From NCBI GenBank assembly GCA_900234795.1, contig LT962688.1:2850001-2882000 (forward strand): DNA of 32,000 nt, in the 5' to 3' direction. Each line of letters starts with the position of its first letter. The first letter of the stretch is position 1. The notes under the pieces are model-generated. The model made no database searches and had not been told where the DNA came from. It saw only the letters and a list, made by a program, of their open reading frames with translations. Origin of the DNA: Methylorubrum extorquens. GTDB taxonomy: Bacteria > Pseudomonadota > Alphaproteobacteria > Rhizobiales > Beijerinckiaceae. Positions 29,002-32,000 of the stretch are shown here, piece by piece. The position numbers and the translations under genes were made by a program.

Positions 29002-29891
29002 GACGTGGGCAGCCCGGGCATCGCGGCTTCGCGCGGTGTGGTGTCCGGCATCGGAAGTCCGGGGCCGGGACGGCGGCAGGTGCGGAGATAATCGAGGGAT
29101 TGGCCGACCATCACGTCGGCGCGGTGCGACTCGCGCGAAAGCTCCACGCAGACGAGTTTGCTGAAACCGATCGCGTCGAGCGCGTCCAGAACGGCAGGGA
29201 CATCCATGTCGCCCTCGCCGAAGGGCAGATGGATGTGCTCGCCCCGCTTCATGTCCTCAATCGCCACGGTGCCGAGGCGCGGAGCGAATTCGTGCACGGC
29301 CGCGGCCGGATCGCGCTCCCCCGTGACGAGGCAGTGACCAGTGTCGAGGGCGAGCGAAAGGCCCGGCAGGTCGATCGCGGCAAAGTCATCGAGCGTCTCG
29401 ATCAGCATGCCGGGTTCGGGTTCGAGGGCTGCGACGACGCCCTTCTCGGCGGCGAAGTCGGAGACCTCGCGCAGCCCCTCGGTCAGCCATCCCCGCGCCT
29501 CGCTGTGGTCGACGCCCGGCTTCGGCACGCCGGCCCAGAACGAGACGGCTTCGGAGTTCAGGATCTTTCCGATCTCGATCGCCCGCTTGAGGAAGCCGAC
29601 GCGCCGTGCCCGGCCCGAAGCGTCGGCGGTGACGAGCGTCGGCTCGTGCTTGGCGGTCGGGTCGAGCAGGAAGCGGGCGCCGGTCTCGATCACCGAACCG
29701 AGTTCGAGCCGGTTCAGGAGGCTAGCAATGCGATCAGCCTCGATAACCCAATTCTCGGCGAAGGGGTCGAGATGGTGGATGTCGAGGGTGAGCGCGACGC
29801 CGTCATAGCCCGCATCCTTGATGAGGCGAATCGCATCCTCGATGCGGTGGTTGGCGGTGCCGTTGGTGTTGTAGGCAAAGCGCAAGCTCAT
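28998..29891 (-). CDS. xylose-isomerase-like TIM-barrel protein (sugar phosphate isomerase/epimerase, AP_endonuc_2 fold)
   Basis: C-terminal 297 codons of ORF 28998..30980, starting at the ATG at 29891 (MSLRFAYNTNG...). Motifs include ALEPEPG, LDTGH and HLPFGEGDMD. The ATG overlaps the YcaO stop (ATGA). The upstream part of the 660-aa ORF is an alternate frame of the YcaO gene. Confidence 0.85.
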   Translation of the reverse strand: MSLRFAYNTNGTANHRIEDAIRLIKDAGYDGVALTLDIHHLDPFAENWVIEADRIASLLNRLELGSVIETGARFLLDPTAKHEPTLVTADASGRARRVGFLKRAIEIGKILNSEAVSFWAGVPKPGVDHSEARGWLTEGLREVSDFAAEKGVVAALEPEPGMLIETLDDFAAIDLPGLSLALDTGHCLVTGERDPAAAVHEFAPRLGTVAIEDMKRGEHIHLPFGEGDMDVPAVLDALDAIGFSKLVCVELSRESHRADVMVGQSLDYLRTCRRPGPGLPMPDTTPREAAMPGLPTS

Positions 29892-31507
29892 GCGGGCCTC
29901 CGTTCGGCCCGGCGGCCCTGGCGTTCGTAGCGGAACGGCGCGTGGTGCGATTCCGGCTCGCGGTAGAGCGGATAATGCGAGCCGACGATCTGCTCGGCCA
30001 AGGCCACGTCGAAGAGCGGCTGGCCGCCGAGGCGCTCGATCGCCTCCGGCGTCAGGCGGACGGGCAGCAGCGTGTCGGTCGGCGTGCCGAAGCGGATCAG
30101 AGGGTGATCGCTTTCGATCAGCTTCTTCGCGTTGCGCTCGCCGATCCGGTAGTAGCTCATGGTCTCGACTTCGAGCCCTGGCACAATTGCCTTGACCACG
30201 CCGATCCCGCCGCCGGGCGGCGTGCAATCGACGTAGAGCACATCGAAGCCTGCCTCCTCCAGCCGGTCGCGGGCGATCTTTCCGCGAGCGTGACCGTCCG
30301 GGGCCGGTGTTGTCGGCAAGTCGGAAAACGCCTTGGTGCTGCGCTCGGAATAGACCGTGTTGCTCAGAACCCCACGCAGCTCGGCCGACGAGAGGTCGAG
30401 CCATGCGAGCATGGCCTGCAGCGCGCGGCTCTCCTCCAGATCGAGGCTCGGCAATGCCTTCTGGATGAAGGATTCGACATAGCCGGGCGGGGCCACCGTG
30501 TCGGCAAGCGCCAGCGGCCCGTGGCCGAAGGTTTTTCGGACGCGCGCCGCCTGAAACTCGAGAAGCGCCTTGCGCAAAGCCCGCTCGCGGTCCGGATCGC
30601 AGGCCTCGCCGCAGGCCGAGAGCGCGATCGGCGCGGGCGTCCGGGCCGGGTCCTCGTCGTAGCCGACGACGTAGAGGTTGGTGAGACCGAACTGATCGGT
30701 GGCGAATTTCGGCAGCGCCCGGATGCCGAGGCTTTCCAGCCGGTCGAGCATGCCGCGCGTCTCGGGGCCGATCCCGTCGAGATCGAGCATCACGCCCTGA
30801 TCGAGGGCCCGGAACAACAGGCCGTTGCCGTCGCGCTGGAGCAGTTCGAGCAGACCGTGGCCCAGCGCAAAGTTCACGTCCGGCCCGGCGCCGAGGCCGT
30901 TCGTGATGAGGTTGGTGAAGGGCTGATAGCCCTCGCGCAGCTCGAAGTAGTCGGTCGCGGCGATATCGAGCGGCATCCACACCGACTCGCCGGTGCGGGC
31001 GCGGACCGCCTTAGTCCAATCGAGCGGGGTATCGCGGCCGACGGAGGAACCGGCGGGCAGGCACAAAGTCAGCGGATCGGCGACGGAGGATGCGCCGTAG
31101 ACGCGCACGAGGTCGGCGTAGGAGACGGCCGCTTGGTTGTCGGCCTTGCGTGGCAGCAGGGCGACGGACGGCATCAGGTTCTCGGCGATCTCGGCCACCG
31201 CGCCGATCAGCGCTTCGTCGTCGGTGGCGCCGTAGCCGATGCCGGAAGGCATGGCGCCGACATAGAACGGATCATCGAGAAAGAGCGCCACGAACCAGAC
31301 CGGGATGCCGGTGCGGTCGAGCCCCGCGAGATTGAAGCCGACGACCCGGCCCTCCGGCAGCACATCGAGATAGGCCTTCACGACATCGGGCAGCCGCGCG
31401 GGCAGCCCCTCGATCTTGCGCGGAGAGCCGCGGTGATAGGGGCGCGGCGCCGCCAGATTCGGGTGGTGGGCGCGGTCGTCCCGGTCGAGGGCGTCGGTCG
31501 CTGTCAT
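29888..31507 (-). CDS. YcaO-domain protein (ATP-dependent amide-activating enzyme family), stand-alone
   Basis: ORF 29888..31543 trimmed to the first ATG at 31507 (MTATDALDRDD...). YcaO hallmarks are LDRTGIPVWFV, GYGATDDEALIGAVAEIAENL, ITNGLGAGPDVNFALGHGLLELLQRDG, a C-terminal EVETMSYYRIGERN and a Pro-rich end (HYPLYREPESHHAPF). Confidence 0.8.
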   Translation of the reverse strand: MTATDALDRDDRAHHPNLAAPRPYHRGSPRKIEGLPARLPDVVKAYLDVLPEGRVVGFNLAGLDRTGIPVWFVALFLDDPFYVGAMPSGIGYGATDDEALIGAVAEIAENLMPSVALLPRKADNQAAVSYADLVRVYGASSVADPLTLCLPAGSSVGRDTPLDWTKAVRARTGESVWMPLDIAATDYFELREGYQPFTNLITNGLGAGPDVNFALGHGLLELLQRDGNGLLFRALDQGVMLDLDGIGPETRGMLDRLESLGIRALPKFATDQFGLTNLYVVGYDEDPARTPAPIALSACGEACDPDRERALRKALLEFQAARVRKTFGHGPLALADTVAPPGYVESFIQKALPSLDLEESRALQAMLAWLDLSSAELRGVLSNTVYSERSTKAFSDLPTTPAPDGHARGKIARDRLEEAGFDVLYVDCTPPGGGIGVVKAIVPGLEVETMSYYRIGERNAKKLIESDHPLIRFGTPTDTLLPVRLTPEAIERLGGQPLFDVALAEQIVGSHYPLYREPESHHAPFRYERQGRRAERRPA

Positions 31508-31539
31508 CGTTACCCTGTTTGCGGCTCGCCGGAACTCAC

Positions 31540-31668
31540 CCAACCCACGGCCTCATCCTGAGGTGCGAGGCGAAGCAGAGCCTCGAAGGATCCTCCAGTT
31601 CCCACGCGGTCGCTGGAGGATCCTTCGAGGCCGCTCGCGCGGCACCTCAGGATGAGGGCATGGGTTGG
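31540..31668. repeat. 129-bp imperfect palindromic (REP/MITE-like) element
   Basis: The left arm ccaacccacggcctcatcctgaggtgc...gcctcgaaggatcctccag (31540-31598) pairs with the right arm ctggaggatccttcgaggc...gcacctcaggatgagggcatgggttgg (31613-31668). The outer 27 nt match at 25 positions, the inner 19 nt are perfect, and there is a divergent internal bubble. It generates the spurious + ORF 31519..31737. Confidence 0.85.
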
Positions 31669-31694
31669 ATGTGCCGGTCTCCTCCCAAATCTCG

Positions 31695-32000
31695 TCAGGC
31701 CGCGTCGCGGCCGGCCGGTTTGCCCGCCGCCGCGTAGGCGCGGGCGATCAGGCGCATGGTGTGCAGGTCGCGCTCGGCGTCCCAGGCGGTGCGCTCGTCC
31801 CGTTCGCGCAGGGCGCGGCCGAAGGCGCGCACCTGTTCGAGGAAGGGCGAGGCCGTCGTGTCGAAGGCGATGTCCTCGACCCGGCCATCCGCCCCGTTCG
31901 TGAAGGTGACGCTGCCGCCCGCGGTCTGGCCCATCGTGTCGGTCGCGGTGAGCATCCCACCGGTGCCAACCACCTCCAGCCGGCGGCGCGGCAGGGCGTC
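31695..32000 (-). CDS. Gfo/Idh/MocA-family oxidoreductase, C-terminal 101 codons; the gene starts beyond the window end
   Basis: The frame stays open to position 32000 (…LPRRRLEVVGTGGMLTATDTMGQTAGGSVTFTNG...ASPFLEQVRAFGRALRERDE...LHTMRLIARAYAAAG). This C-terminal alpha/beta dimerisation-domain pattern is typical of the family. Call made from a fragment only. Confidence 0.5.
   Translation of the reverse strand, partial: DALPRRRLEVVGTGGMLTATDTMGQTAGGSVTFTNGADGRVEDIAFDTTASPFLEQVRAFGRALRERDERTAWDAERDLHTMRLIARAYAAAGKPAGRDAA

Noticed and set aside
29892-30980. Upper 363 codons of the 660-aa ORF 28998..30980, which would suggest a large fusion protein
   Set aside because: This part is an out-of-frame read through the YcaO gene (Arg/Pro/Ala-rich junk). 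The TIM-barrel protein begins at the ATG at 29891, which overlaps the YcaO stop.
31501-31521. PHO-box-like CTGTCAT...CTGTTTG next to the YcaO start
   Set aside because: The repeat spacing is 14 nt rather than the 11-nt periodicity of PhoB sites. The second half-site is degenerate, and the first overlaps the start codon on the opposite strand.
25521-31561. Series of long + strand ORFs (25521..26663, 26413..27651, 26660..27862, 27751..29091, 29100..29930, 29942..31561)
   Set aside because: All are antisense to minus-strand genes with clear family motifs (UPF0104, UDG-like, PIG-L, GT4, TIM barrel, YcaO). Their translations are Arg/Gly/Ala/Asp-rich with no recognisable domains.
31519-31737. 72-aa + ORF (MRLAGTHPTHGLILRCEAKQSLEGSSS...)
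   Set aside because: It lies entirely within the palindromic repeat and the tail of the oxidoreductase gene. It is the characteristic spurious ORF generated by this kind of repeat.

Overview
Very GC-rich window, about 65-73% GC in the 60-nt lines I hand-counted. The protein sequences look alphaproteobacterial (Rhizobiales/Methylobacterium-like), which is an inference. I ran no database searches, so every call rests on motif recognition in the supplied translations plus my own reading of both strands.

Layout:
(1) 1-8.6 kb is a mixed housekeeping and accessory stretch. It holds a treZ 5' fragment, a DUF2852 gene, a TetR regulator, a COG0523 zinc-chaperone GTPase behind a Zur-box-like palindrome, a small Cys-containing protein, speG, two hypothetical envelope proteins, asd and a Vat-type hexapeptide acetyltransferase.
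(2) 8.7-16.9 kb is the conserved rimP-nusA-ylxR-infB-rbfA-truB operon, preceded by an intrinsic terminator in its leader.
(3) 16.9-19.4 kb is a synteny break. A degraded methyl-accepting chemotaxis protein gene is split into two frameshifted remnants around a low-GC, compositionally mosaic acyltransferase-3 gene.
(4) 19.4-32 kb is entirely minus strand. It carries an M20 amidohydrolase, cueR-copA with a perfect CueR-type operator, phoR and a UPF0104 membrane protein. It also holds the main candidate for something undescribed: a translationally coupled operon of Gfo/Idh/MocA oxidoreductase (partial), stand-alone YcaO, xylose-isomerase-like TIM barrel, GT4 glycosyltransferase, PIG-L deacetylase and a UDG-fold protein. 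That operon has no recognisable YcaO partner protein or precursor peptide.

I saw no rRNA, tRNA, CRISPR array, transposase or integrase. Most long ORFs in the track that lie antisense to, or frame-shifted against, these genes are high-GC shadow ORFs.
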